From the NCBI GenBank assembly GCA_009838515.1, contig VXRL01000040.1, forward strand, positions 117,749 to 181,748: a DNA stretch of 64,000 nucleotides, given 5' to 3'. Within the stretch, counting starts at the first letter, position 1; the number at the start of each line of letters is the position of its first letter. The stretch comes from Terriglobia bacterium (GTDB lineage: Bacteria > Acidobacteriota > Terriglobia > Bryobacterales > UBA6623). The position numbers and the translations under genes were made by a program. The notes beneath the pieces are model-generated. The model was not told the DNA's origin, ran no database searches, and was given only the letters and a program-made list of their open reading frames with translations. Below are positions 38,929 through 48,182 of this stretch, piece by piece.

Positions 38929-39855
38929 TCAGGGCTTTCCAATCGTGCGCTCGAAGAATGCGACCACCATCGCCATGAGGCTTTGCGGCGTGTCACCTTG
39001 CATGTCGCGAAAGCCGTGGTCTGCATTGCTGACCTTGTAGAGCGTGGTATCGAGGCCCGCGGCTTGCAGGGCAGCGTGCAGCAATTCGCTTTGGTTATAC
39101 GGCACGGATTGGTCGTTCTCGCCGTGCATGTGGAGCATCGGCGGATCGTCCGCCGTTACGTAGCTAACGGGATTGGCCCGCTGGACCTTGTCGGGATGAT
39201 CCTGAATTGGAGCCCCGATGAATCGCGATTCCGGCGAATCGGCCGCGTCGTGGTCGATGCGGCCCGGAAAGTCGTTCATGCGCAGGAAATCGGTGGGCCC
39301 GAACCAATTGCAGACCGCATCGGGCCTTGAAGAGACGCCGGCATTCTCTTCGTGCAAGCTGTCCCATTCCTCCACTTCGTGGGCGGTTCCGAGCAGAGCG
39401 ACCAAGTGCCCGCCGGCCGACGATCCCCAAGCGCCGATTCGTGCGGCGTCAAAGCCGTAACGCTGCGCGTTCGCTCGCACCCAGCGGAAAGCGGCCTTCA
39501 CATCGGCGATGGCCGCTGGGAAGATCGCTTCACCGCTCAACCGGTAGCCCACCGAGACAAGTCCATACCCGTGATCCAGGATCGGCAAGGAGCGGTTGAT
39601 GCGATCCTTCGAGCCGCCCCGCCAGCCGCCCCCATGAACCCACACGACCACTGGCACGGGTCGCTCGGGCCGTGGTTCCCGAGAGTAGACATCGAGCAGC
39701 AATTCTCGTCCGTCGACCTCCGCATAGGTGACATCGGCCTGCTTGACGATCCCGGGGGGCAACTGTTGATTGGACCCGCGATCCTGCGCAGCAGCAGGCC
39801 AAGCGGCGGCGAGGAAGCCCGCGATGGTCAGCAGGACTAGGGCAAGGCGATACAT
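38929..39855 (-). CDS. Secreted alpha/beta hydrolase (esterase/lipase, HGGG type)
   Basis: ORF 38929..39945. The ATG at 39855 gives signal peptide MYRLALVLLTIAGFLAAAWPAAA. Motifs are VWVHGGGW (oxyanion hole), GSSAGGH (nucleophile elbow) and a C-terminal DH. Confidence 0.85.
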   Translation of the reverse strand: MYRLALVLLTIAGFLAAAWPAAAQDRGSNQQLPPGIVKQADVTYAEVDGRELLLDVYSREPRPERPVPVVVWVHGGGWRGGSKDRINRSLPILDHGYGLVSVGYRLSGEAIFPAAIADVKAAFRWVRANAQRYGFDAARIGAWGSSAGGHLVALLGTAHEVEEWDSLHEENAGVSSRPDAVCNWFGPTDFLRMNDFPGRIDHDAADSPESRFIGAPIQDHPDKVQRANPVSYVTADDPPMLHMHGENDQSVPYNQSELLHAALQAAGLDTTLYKVSNADHGFRDMQGDTPQSLMAMVVAFFERTIGKP

Positions 39856-39935
39856 GGCGGTGCATCCAGTGTAGGCCGCCTCGGCGTTCCGGGGCAGGTC
39901 GAGATCAGCAGTCGAGCGCGAAGCGATGCTCCCCC

Positions 39936-40820
39936 TCACGGGCAACGGACAGTCTCGCGATGGCGGACGCTTCCCTCAGGAGACCGAATCTCAAGCTTCT
40001 GAATGCCCTCGCACGAGGCATCGATGGTAACGACCGAGTGCGCAGCAATCTCGTCGAGCAATTGTTCCACCACCGCAGGGACCTCCTGCACTCCCCTGAC
40101 GAACACTGCCCGCCCGCCGGTCGTCTGGGAGAACTCGCTCATGCCGTTCTGATAAACCTCGTTCAGCTGGTCATACTGCCTTGCCAAGTGCAGGAAGAAT
40201 AGTGGCGCCTGCGCGCCCTCTAGGCGGTCCACGATGGACCGAATACGCTCCAGAATCAGCTGGCCGCGGAATCGCCGGCTCAGATCGCTGCTGTCGCTCG
40301 GGTTGACCACAGGGATCGTGTAGTCGCCGCGGTAATCCTCGATCTCACCGTCGGTGATGAACAAGACCGCCACGCGCACGTCGGCCGAGGCGAGCGTCTG
40401 GTCGGCGATTTCTGAGACCTGCTCGACGACATCCATCAGCCCGGGCACGCCGCGAACGTCCAGCGACCGCAATTTCTCCAAGAGCTTGGCCCGGCCCCTG
40501 ACCGGGTCCAGAATCACCCTGAGGCCGTCTTGCGCGGACATGACGCTGACGAAGTATTTCGGGCCGAGGCTGGTGAGCTTGGCTACGAGTGCGTCGCGCG
40601 CGGCATCGACGCGGTCCGGAAACTTCACGGTATCCATCACCAGCAGCAGGATGAGGTGGTCCTCCGCCGTCTGCACGGAACGCACAGCCGCGACTTCACC
40701 ACCGAGGGAAACCGCTATCGCCTGCTGGGGGTCCTGGCACCAAACGGCCGTCTTGAGCACCTCCGAGAAGGCCGGTGAGGCGAGAAGCGCAGCAAGTACC
40801 GCGAGCCGGACAGCGCCCAT
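39936..40820 (-). CDS. Secreted VWA-like protein with degenerate MIDAS
   Basis: 294 aa with signal peptide MGAVRLAVLAALLASPAFS. The layout is VWA-like (LILLLVMDTVKF...VSVMSAQDG...RVAVLFITDGE), but the DxSxS position reads MDTVKF. Function is not assignable. Confidence 0.5.
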   Translation of the reverse strand: MGAVRLAVLAALLASPAFSEVLKTAVWCQDPQQAIAVSLGGEVAAVRSVQTAEDHLILLLVMDTVKFPDRVDAARDALVAKLTSLGPKYFVSVMSAQDGLRVILDPVRGRAKLLEKLRSLDVRGVPGLMDVVEQVSEIADQTLASADVRVAVLFITDGEIEDYRGDYTIPVVNPSDSSDLSRRFRGQLILERIRSIVDRLEGAQAPLFFLHLARQYDQLNEVYQNGMSEFSQTTGGRAVFVRGVQEVPAVVEQLLDEIAAHSVVTIDASCEGIQKLEIRSPEGSVRHRETVRCP

Positions 40821-40822
40821 TC

Positions 40823-43717
40823 TTAGAAGTTGTAGCGCAATCCGAGCTGGAGCACTCGTCCTCCGCGCGAACCGATGATCCGCCCGGCGTTCACGTTGCG
40901 GGCGTTGGCTGGGCCGATCTCGTTGTCAGGGTCGTACCAATTGCCTTGATTGAGGAAATTGAAACTCTGCACGAGAACCTCCACGCTCTGTTCCTGGCTG
41001 AGCACGACCCGCTTGGTGATCGAAATATCGTGGTTTCGGTAGTCTGGGTTCCGGAGCGTGGGGTGAGAACGCGCCACATTGCCTAATGCAAAGTCCGGCG
41101 GATCGACGAAAGCATGTGGATTGAACCAGCGGCTGGGCCCCGGATCCCGCACGTGCGGATTCATGCCGGGCACCGCGTCCACTTGCAAGAACCGCACGAT
41201 GCCGCCGGTGTTGTTGAACATCGGCTCAAGCACGATTGGATCTCCGCTGTACCACCTGGTGTACCCGCTTACTGTCCAGTCGGATACCAGCGTGGCCAGC
41301 GGTCCGCGCCGCCCTAGCAGGGGCCTGCCCGGCCCTATGGGAAGCTCATACGTGTAGCTCAGCGAGAGCCGCTGTGGACGGAATCCGACGCTGTGTGCCC
41401 AAGCGCTCTTGCGGTCGTGCGGATTCTGCACGCCGCGCCCCGAATAGTCGTCCTTTCTCCTGCGGTAGGCGTAGTCGAAGTCAAAACTCAGTCCGTCTCC
41501 AGTGCGCTTCCGCAAGGTGACTTGCCCCTCGTCGTAGTGCAGCCTGCCCGATGGGTACTGGTAGTTGGCGCGGATCTGCTGGAAGTGCGGGAAGGGGCGC
41601 AGGGACCGCCGAAAGGCCTCATCGTTGAGGCGGTCGCGGTAGGCCAGCGCGCTCAGAGGAACCTGATTCAGCGAGACGATGTGCCCCCCTACTAATAGAT
41701 CGCGCCCACGGGTCGCGCGTCCCCGCGCGCGCAGCATAAGCCCCTTGGGCAGCTTGCGCTCGACTTCGAGAGATAAGTGGTTGAAGTTCGGCTGTGCGGC
41801 CGTCGCCGGAATCATGTCGACGTCGGATCCGTTGGCGAAGTCGTTGCGCAAATCGGGCAGCGGGTTGGTCAGAGCCGGAAAACCCTGAGCCAGCGTCACC
41901 GCGGGTACCAACTGGCGGTTTTGCGATACCGGGAAACGCCGACCCGAAAAGCCCTGCGTGGCGAACGGCCCCGAGCGCAGGCTCACGGCACTGTACGAGC
42001 GCAGGAGACTTCCGCGCACGACCGTGCTGCGACTCTCGGTGGGGCTCCAAGAGATTCCGATCCGAGGCTCAGTGCGGACCCGGTAGGGCTGGAACGCCCT
42101 GCCCTGGCCGTTGCGGCCCGCGAATACCAGGGCTCCCGGAGTTCCAGTGGCGTCGTTGATGGCCGACAGGTCGAACGAGGACTGCCGATCGTACTTCTCG
42201 GTGCGGGGCGAAGTGGCGTCAACGGTTACCCGCAGCGACAGAGTCAAGTTCGGACGCACCTGCCACTGGTTGCCGACGGTGTTCTGAAAGGACTTCCGGT
42301 GGAGGTATGCAGGCTGGGGCTGGTCGGTCGCCTCAGCCCGCCACGCCTGCCCGAGCAAGTATGTCGCGAATCCGTCCCCGGTGTTGTTGATCCCGGGCAG
42401 GCCGGTCAGCCGGTCACTGAAAGAGAACGTGCCCGAGGGAGCGTCGAGTTCGAGGGTGCCCCAGTCGACCAAGTTGGCGGTGCTGGCGATCGTCCAGGTG
42501 TGCTTGCCTGCACGAAGGATCAGCTCGTTGTCGAAGTCGTACACCGCTAGGGCATTGCGCAAGTACGAGCGCTGGGACGGCCCCATCCCGGTGTAGCCGC
42601 GGAAGCGCAATGCCGGGAAGACCTTGCCGTTGACCCCCTGCAGGCCCAAGTCCCGCGGCAGGTCCTGATCGCCGAGCAGGGAGTTTGTATCGACGATTTC
42701 GGACCGAGCCTTGACCGACGCCCGGTAGGTGAGGTTCGCCGTCAGGTTGACCGTGTCCGACAAACTCACGCTGCGGCTGACAAACTCGCGATCGGGACGG
42801 GCGTAGTTCGCGGCCGTGGGGTAGATGTCCAGACCGTCGCTGAACCCATCGGAGGAATTGATGTTGAGCGTGACCTTCTGCGAGTCGCCGAGGTTGTGGT
42901 CAACGCGGGCGATGAATCCATCGGGCGTATTGCGCTCGGACGGGTTCGACCAGTAGTTGTTGCGATAGAAAGGCCCCACCGCGGTGTTGGGCAGCGGGTA
43001 CTCGCGGTTCGCCGCCAGCGCGACGCTGTCAAGGCGCTGTGACGGGATGCGATTGTTTGGAAACGGATCCCGCACGTGCTCCAGGTTCGACCGACTGACG
43101 CGGCGCGACGCATCGTAGAGCGGGTTGGCTCGCGTGGACGCTGGATCGTAGATTGTCAGCGCGTTTCCCGCCTTGTCCACAAGGTCGGAGAAATCCCCGA
43201 AGCGTCGCTGCGCTGTGGCCAAGGTCCGCAGGTACGAGCGTCCGACGCGCTCTCGCGTTCCCTCGTACGAGAGCGTGAAGAAGGTGCGGCCCCGCCCGTC
43301 GTACAGCTTCGGCACGGCCAACGGACCGTTCAGCGTGAAACCGAATTGGTTGCGACGGCGCAAGTTGCGGTCGCCGCCGCGCTGGACGACTTCGTGGGGC
43401 ACCGCGTCGAGCGCATCGTTGCGGAGGTACTCGAATACACGTCCGTGCCATGAACTGCTGCGCCCGCCGACAGCCGCCGTCCGTTGCGCGTCGCTGGCAG
43501 CTCCCGGGCGCAGTCCTGCGCTAGCTGTGATCAGGCGAAACGCTTGAACAGCCTGTCGAACCTGTGCCATCTCAGGCCGGTCCTTGCGGCGAACTCGGTC
43601 TTGCTGAGCGCTCGCGGCCTCGGTAGTCTCCAGCGATTCGGACACGCCGGCCGTCGCCGCCACGGCGGCTTGCGCAAACACGCCCAGCAGGGCGGATGCC
43701 AATGCGACCAGCTTCAT
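40823..43717 (-). CDS. Oar-like TonB-dependent-receptor-family outer membrane beta-barrel lacking the usual N-terminal domains
   Basis: 964 aa with a signal peptide. HGRVFEYLRNDALDA...NQFGFTLNGPL...TFFTLSYEG is typical of Oar-like barrels. The C-terminus ends ...LGLRYNF. There is no CarboxypepD_reg-like or plug-like region before the barrel signature. Confidence 0.7.
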   Translation of the reverse strand: MKLVALASALLGVFAQAAVAATAGVSESLETTEAASAQQDRVRRKDRPEMAQVRQAVQAFRLITASAGLRPGAASDAQRTAAVGGRSSSWHGRVFEYLRNDALDAVPHEVVQRGGDRNLRRRNQFGFTLNGPLAVPKLYDGRGRTFFTLSYEGTRERVGRSYLRTLATAQRRFGDFSDLVDKAGNALTIYDPASTRANPLYDASRRVSRSNLEHVRDPFPNNRIPSQRLDSVALAANREYPLPNTAVGPFYRNNYWSNPSERNTPDGFIARVDHNLGDSQKVTLNINSSDGFSDGLDIYPTAANYARPDREFVSRSVSLSDTVNLTANLTYRASVKARSEIVDTNSLLGDQDLPRDLGLQGVNGKVFPALRFRGYTGMGPSQRSYLRNALAVYDFDNELILRAGKHTWTIASTANLVDWGTLELDAPSGTFSFSDRLTGLPGINNTGDGFATYLLGQAWRAEATDQPQPAYLHRKSFQNTVGNQWQVRPNLTLSLRVTVDATSPRTEKYDRQSSFDLSAINDATGTPGALVFAGRNGQGRAFQPYRVRTEPRIGISWSPTESRSTVVRGSLLRSYSAVSLRSGPFATQGFSGRRFPVSQNRQLVPAVTLAQGFPALTNPLPDLRNDFANGSDVDMIPATAAQPNFNHLSLEVERKLPKGLMLRARGRATRGRDLLVGGHIVSLNQVPLSALAYRDRLNDEAFRRSLRPFPHFQQIRANYQYPSGRLHYDEGQVTLRKRTGDGLSFDFDYAYRRRKDDYSGRGVQNPHDRKSAWAHSVGFRPQRLSLSYTYELPIGPGRPLLGRRGPLATLVSDWTVSGYTRWYSGDPIVLEPMFNNTGGIVRFLQVDAVPGMNPHVRDPGPSRWFNPHAFVDPPDFALGNVARSHPTLRNPDYRNHDISITKRVVLSQEQSVEVLVQSFNFLNQGNWYDPDNEIGPANARNVNAGRIIGSRGGRVLQLGLRYNF

Positions 43718-44170
43718 CGAAGCAGACCAGCCTAGAATTCGAGTTTACAACGTTCGGCCCGACACCGACTCCCCCGGGAAATCTGGGGAGTTCTTGTGTC
43801 CCTCGCACCAGGGACGGATTCGAGAGTCAGAATAGCTCTCTGGCAGCCTCCGTTTGGGCGTTGGGGTCGACCCCGCAACCCATCCTCGGCGGTCTGTTGG
43901 CCACCCCCGGGCGCGCTCATCCGCAACAGCAGGCCATGCGCTCGTCTGCGCGGCCCGGGCCTAGCTCGTCCTCAAAGAGATGGAACGCTGATCTCTGAGG
44001 ATTCCCAATGCGCCATACTACACGTGTGCCGGCGACCCTTCGCATTGCTGTCGGTCGCGGTGCCGGCCATCATCGATTCCGCCGCACGACATCCATAGAA
44101 GCTGCCCAATGTCATTCGAGCAGATCGCGGAAGATAGTCCTGTAGGAGCCTTCAATCAAGCGAAGCGGAA

Positions 44171-45529
44171 ATGCCGAGAAACGTTGCAATCGTCGGTGGT
44201 GGAGTTTCTGGGCTTGGGTTGGCATGGGCACTGCAGCAAAGCCCCGAACGATTCGATTTCCGGCTATTCGAAGCGAGGTCCCAGATCGGTGGTAACGCGG
44301 TTACAGCCGATATGCCGCAAGACGACGGCAGTTTGATACCATTCGATATTTCTGTCACCGCTTGCATTCCATCTGTATACCATCATATCCTTCAATTTAT
44401 GGAAAAACACAGTATTGAATTAGTCGATACAAGGTTTAGTTACAGTGTCAGATATCGAGGTGAAATTTATGCTCACAATTTCGACTCAGACATTAGGAGG
44501 AATTTGCAACCAGAGATCGAGAGATTCCAGAAGCTCTTGAAACTCTTGAAATGGTTCGGACGACTCACCCGATCTAGATCTAGGCTCCTCAACTCTCTCA
44601 ATCCATTCAACTATGTCAGTATGGGGTTTGTTCTCAACTTGGGCCGATTTTCTGGCGATTTCAGATACAAGATACTGAAACCCATGTTCGTCAACTTCTT
44701 GATGGCAACGAACGTGTTTGACATGCCTGTTTCGCTGTTCTCCCGATATTTGGAGTTCTTTGACATCGAATCTGCAACACCAATGCAAACTTGGGAGCGG
44801 GGCACACGGCGCATCTATGAAGAATTGTCGGCCTCGTTCAAGGACAAGATATACCTCGACCGTCCGGTCCGAAGGGTATACCGGCGTCCATCAGAGGTCG
44901 TCGTGGAAGACGAGAACGGGAAGACAGAGACATTTGACGACATAGTTTTCGCGTGCAACGCGAATCAAACATTGATGATCCTAGACAAGCCGACCCTCTT
45001 GGAGAGCTATCTGCTCTCTTCAATCCGTTACGAGAGTGAATTGCACAATCACACGATCGTTCATTCTGATGCTTCAGTTCTGCCGGAAAACGATGTCGAA
45101 CCACTTGCCACGCGAAGCAACCACGTCGAACAATATGGCGTGAGACCGGACAACTATGAAATCACCTACATCATGCATAACCAGCAGCCTTGGGCAAATC
45201 GATCAGACAAGCCATGCTTGGTGACATACAATCCCATCAGTCATATCAGCGAAGAGAAAATCATCAAGAAATGGTGGTTTCAGCACATCGTTCACGATGT
45301 TTTCCACGTATCTTTCCTAATCCACATGTTTCGCTTTGTTCAGGGAAATCAACGAACATGGCACTGTGGAGCTCATACTTTAATTAACAGTCAAGAGACC
45401 TGTTTCGTATCCGGACTGGCTACGGCGAGGCAACTTGGATCGGAGTATCCGTTTCAAGATCCTGAAACAAGAAAGTGGTTCAACTATTACGGGCGCATGA
45501 TGTACGGTTGGCGCTTCAAGAAAGCTTGA
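44171..45529 (+). CDS. FAD/NAD(P)-binding oxidoreductase (COG2907-like, amine-oxidase fold), low-GC gene
   Basis: 452 aa. VAIVGGGVSGLGLAW...FEARSQIGGN is a dinucleotide-binding motif, and the C-terminal segment is RTWHCGAHTLINSQETCFVSGLATARQLG. Composition is markedly AT-richer than its neighbours. Confidence 0.8.
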   Translation: MPRNVAIVGGGVSGLGLAWALQQSPERFDFRLFEARSQIGGNAVTADMPQDDGSLIPFDISVTACIPSVYHHILQFMEKHSIELVDTRFSYSVRYRGEIYAHNFDSDIRRNLQPEIERFQKLLKLLKWFGRLTRSRSRLLNSLNPFNYVSMGFVLNLGRFSGDFRYKILKPMFVNFLMATNVFDMPVSLFSRYLEFFDIESATPMQTWERGTRRIYEELSASFKDKIYLDRPVRRVYRRPSEVVVEDENGKTETFDDIVFACNANQTLMILDKPTLLESYLLSSIRYESELHNHTIVHSDASVLPENDVEPLATRSNHVEQYGVRPDNYEITYIMHNQQPWANRSDKPCLVTYNPISHISEEKIIKKWWFQHIVHDVFHVSFLIHMFRFVQGNQRTWHCGAHTLINSQETCFVSGLATARQLGSEYPFQDPETRKWFNYYGRMMYGWRFKKA

Positions 45530-45870
45530 ACAAGTCCTTGACGGGATCACTGTGCCTCGAATCCACGTGATGTAGTTGACGCTCCTCAGGCCAGGAAGAG
45601 GACAGCCATTCCGTGCGGATGTCACTCCACCCACAACCGCTTCGGCCAGCTCTCAAGGCGGTCGCCCTATCCACGACGACGCCGCATGTGGCGCTGCCTC
45701 GGGGGCGTTCCTTGATTCAGTCTGCGAACTGTGACGGAGCCCCGGGGCAGCGAGCTCGGACCAGTTCGGGGCAGGCCGATCTGGGGCGAGTTGCCTCGAC
45801 GCTGTTAGATGTACTCAGTTTGGGCGGAATCTGGATCCGCACTCACAGTGTCAAGAGTGTATACTTGCTG

Positions 45871-45910
45871 TAAGCTGGCAATAAGAACTCTACGCTGGCA
45901 ATAAGAGATG
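45871..45910 (+). repeat. 20-nt tandem direct repeat (2 units, core GCTGGCAATAAGA) ending at the ispH start codon
   Basis: taagctggcaataagaactc / tacgctggcaataagagatg, 16/20 identical. The second unit contains the ispH ATG (45908). Confidence 0.6.
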
Positions 45911-46876
45911 TTTACTAGGCTGGATAAGTCTGTATTGCTGCTAAAGCCTCGCGGCTTTTGTGCGGGAGTTGTACGGGCGATCGATATCGTTGAGCTGGCC
46001 CTGCAAGCCTACGGGCCGCCGATCTATGTCCGCAAGGAAATCGTTCATAACCGCTTTGTCGTGAGTGACCTCGCTTCGCGGGGGGCTGTGTTCGTGGACT
46101 CTGTGGACGATGTTCCGGCGGGAGCTCGCCTCGTCTACAGCGCCCACGGTGTCGCTCCATCGGTGCGGCGGGACGCGGAAGAGCGGAATCTCCGGGTGAT
46201 TGACGCCACGTGCCCGTTGGTCACGAAGGTGCATCTGGAAGCGGTCAGGTTCGCCAAGTCACACCGCACGATCGTGCTGATCGGGCACCGCGACCACGAC
46301 GAAGTGATCGGAACGGTTGGCGAAGCCCCCGACCAGACGATTGTGGTGTCCACGCCGGATGAAGCCGAGACAGTGCAGGTTCCCGACGGCGATATCGCCT
46401 ACCTCACCCAAACCACTCTCAGCCTTGACGAAGCTCAATCGATCATCGCCGTGTTGAAACGCCGGTTCCCTCAGATCAAGGGGCCCCCTGCCAAGGACAT
46501 CTGCTACGCGACCGAGAACCGGCAAATCGCGATCAAGCAGACTGCGCCCGAGGCAGATGCGTTGCTGGTCGTCGGGTCGCAGAACAGTTCCAACTCGGCG
46601 CGAATGGTTGAAGTGGGAGCCCAACGCGGCCTGCCAAGCTACTTGATCGACGACGAGAAAGACATCGAACCCGCTTGGATCGAGACCGCAAGCACTGTAG
46701 CTGTCAGCGCCGGTGCGTCGGCACCAGAGTCGCTGGTGAAGAGGGTACTGGAGCGCTTGGGAGGGATGGGATTTCGCGACGTGATTGAGGTCGAGGCGGT
46801 CGAGGAGGATGTCCATTTCCCGCTTCCGCCAGAATTGAAACAGGCGCAAAGCCTGATGCAGGTCTCGATCGAATAG
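45908..46876 (+). CDS. ispH: 4-hydroxy-3-methylbut-2-enyl diphosphate reductase
   Basis: 322 aa. PRGFCAGVVRAIDIVE...EIVHN...SAHGV...DATCPLVTKVH...GHRDHDEVIGT...ICYATENRQ match IspH/LytB with its three conserved Cys. Confidence 0.95.
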   Translation: MFTRLDKSVLLLKPRGFCAGVVRAIDIVELALQAYGPPIYVRKEIVHNRFVVSDLASRGAVFVDSVDDVPAGARLVYSAHGVAPSVRRDAEERNLRVIDATCPLVTKVHLEAVRFAKSHRTIVLIGHRDHDEVIGTVGEAPDQTIVVSTPDEAETVQVPDGDIAYLTQTTLSLDEAQSIIAVLKRRFPQIKGPPAKDICYATENRQIAIKQTAPEADALLVVGSQNSSNSARMVEVGAQRGLPSYLIDDEKDIEPAWIETASTVAVSAGASAPESLVKRVLERLGGMGFRDVIEVEAVEEDVHFPLPPELKQAQSLMQVSIE

Positions 46877-47126
46877 CAGGCCTATTCTGCGATTCGTAGT
46901 GTCGCGCTCGTAGTCCGAGATCGGCTCTGAGACTGCCAAGACGCTAGCCGAAGGCTTTTTCCGGTGGACGGTGGAGTGCCGAAGAACAGCCGGCGGGAGA
47001 TGCGCGACCCTTGAGGACCGCTCGAGGCCACATCGGAAATTGTTGTGATCGCCTGAACGAATCCCGCAGGCCAAGCGGCTAACGCCCCTGCTGAGCGAGA
47101 TCGCTTGGGACGCCGGGAGAAAGACA

Positions 47127-47513
47127 ATGCAGAATCGCACAGACCAGATAAAGCAAGCCGCGATGGGCTTCTACGACCAGATGTTCAACAAGTGCCAGCC
47201 ACGGGCCGCGGTCGAAGAGTATGTGGGCGAGACCTACACACAGCACAATCCCGGTGTCGGGGACGGCAAGGAGGCGTTCATCGACTACTTCGAGCGGATG
47301 GCGAGGGAATACCCCGGCAAGCGCGTGGAGTTCAAGCGAGCCATTGCCGAGGGCGACCTAGTGGTCTTGCACTGTTACCAGCACTGGCCGGGCGACCACG
47401 ACTATGCGGGCATCGACATTTTTCGATTCGACAGTAACGGAAAGGTCGTGGAGCATTGGGACGTGCTCCAGATCATTCCCGAAGAGGCGGCAAACGACAA
47501 CGGCATGTTCTGA
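47127..47513 (+). CDS. SnoaL-like / NTF2-fold protein (COG4922-like)
   Basis: 128 aa. [19 protein letters not shown]...[10 protein letters not shown]...[20 protein letters not shown] matches the family pattern. Confidence 0.85.
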   Translation: MQNRTDQIKQAAMGFYDQMFNKCQPRAAVEEYVGETYTQHNPGVGDGKEAFIDYFERMAREYPGKRVEFKRAIAEGDLVVLHCYQHWPGDHDYAGIDIFRFDSNGKVVEHWDVLQIIPEEAANDNGMF

Positions 47514-47798
47514 CCAGACGGGCGTGAGGGCTGTGACTGCCTCCCCGAGGTGCCGTTGGCTGCATTGGCCGCGGCAACTTGAGCGGCTCGATATCTACCC
47601 AGCGCGACACCGGGATGGTGTGGGCGGACAGGCAGCATGTGAGGGCTTCCTGCGACCCAAGCTGACTCCACCCAGCCACATGGATAGCAGCGTGACACGG
47701 ACTCCGGCATGCCAGCAGCGCACCGTCAGAACATCTAGGACCACGAGCTCGGCACGCGACCCCCAGCAATTCCCGTACTCGTCCATAGCCGACAGATA

Positions 47799-47850
47799 GA
47801 CGCTCGTCTAATCGGCAAACGGACGCTACTCTAACTGGCAAACGGACGCA
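47799..47850 (+). repeat. 23-nt tandem direct repeat (2.3 units) in a 670-bp non-coding gap
   Basis: gacgctcgtctaatcggcaaacg / gacgctactctaactggcaaacg / gacgca. 19/23 identical between the full units. Confidence 0.7.
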
Positions 47851-47886
47851 GCTTCCCGAGGGCCGGGTGGAATCTACTGCCCGCGA

Positions 47887-48020
47887 TTGCTATTTCCCTC
47901 GATACAGGCAGCGCTGCTCGACACGCGCGTGGCCTGCCTACTCGCCCAGCACCAGTGCGGCAAGACAACACTGGTCCGGCGACTGGATCGAAGTGCCCGA
48001 CCTCGAGTCGGCTCATCAGC
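47887..48020 (+). pseudogene. Relic of a P-loop ATPase N-terminus (AAA_14/DUF4143-type)
   Basis: IQAALLDTRVACLLAQHQCGKTTLVRRL resembles the ..vv.l.GpRQ.GKTTL.r.l start of that family, with the first Gly lost. The frame collapses after about 45 codons and there is no C-terminal domain. Confidence 0.3.
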
Positions 48021-48182
48021 AAGGTCCGCCCGATGGCCTAGAACGGCAATCACGGACGAAGGCGGCTCTCAAATTGGAGCTGCCCAATGAGCGGCCATTC
48101 TCTGCCTATCATCGGCCCTCATACTGATCCAAGGCAGCTCCGGAGCCCACGCTGCCCGGCACAGCACTCCTCGGTTGGCGCG

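Noticed and set aside
46259-47140. 293-aa minus-strand ORF
   Set aside because: It is antisense to ispH, which is unambiguous.
45871-47850. Idea that the CTGGCAA cores are sigma-54 (-24 TGGCAC / -12 TTGC) promoters
   Set aside because: No TTGC element lies at the required 4-5 nt spacing after either TGGCA, so the resemblance is superficial.
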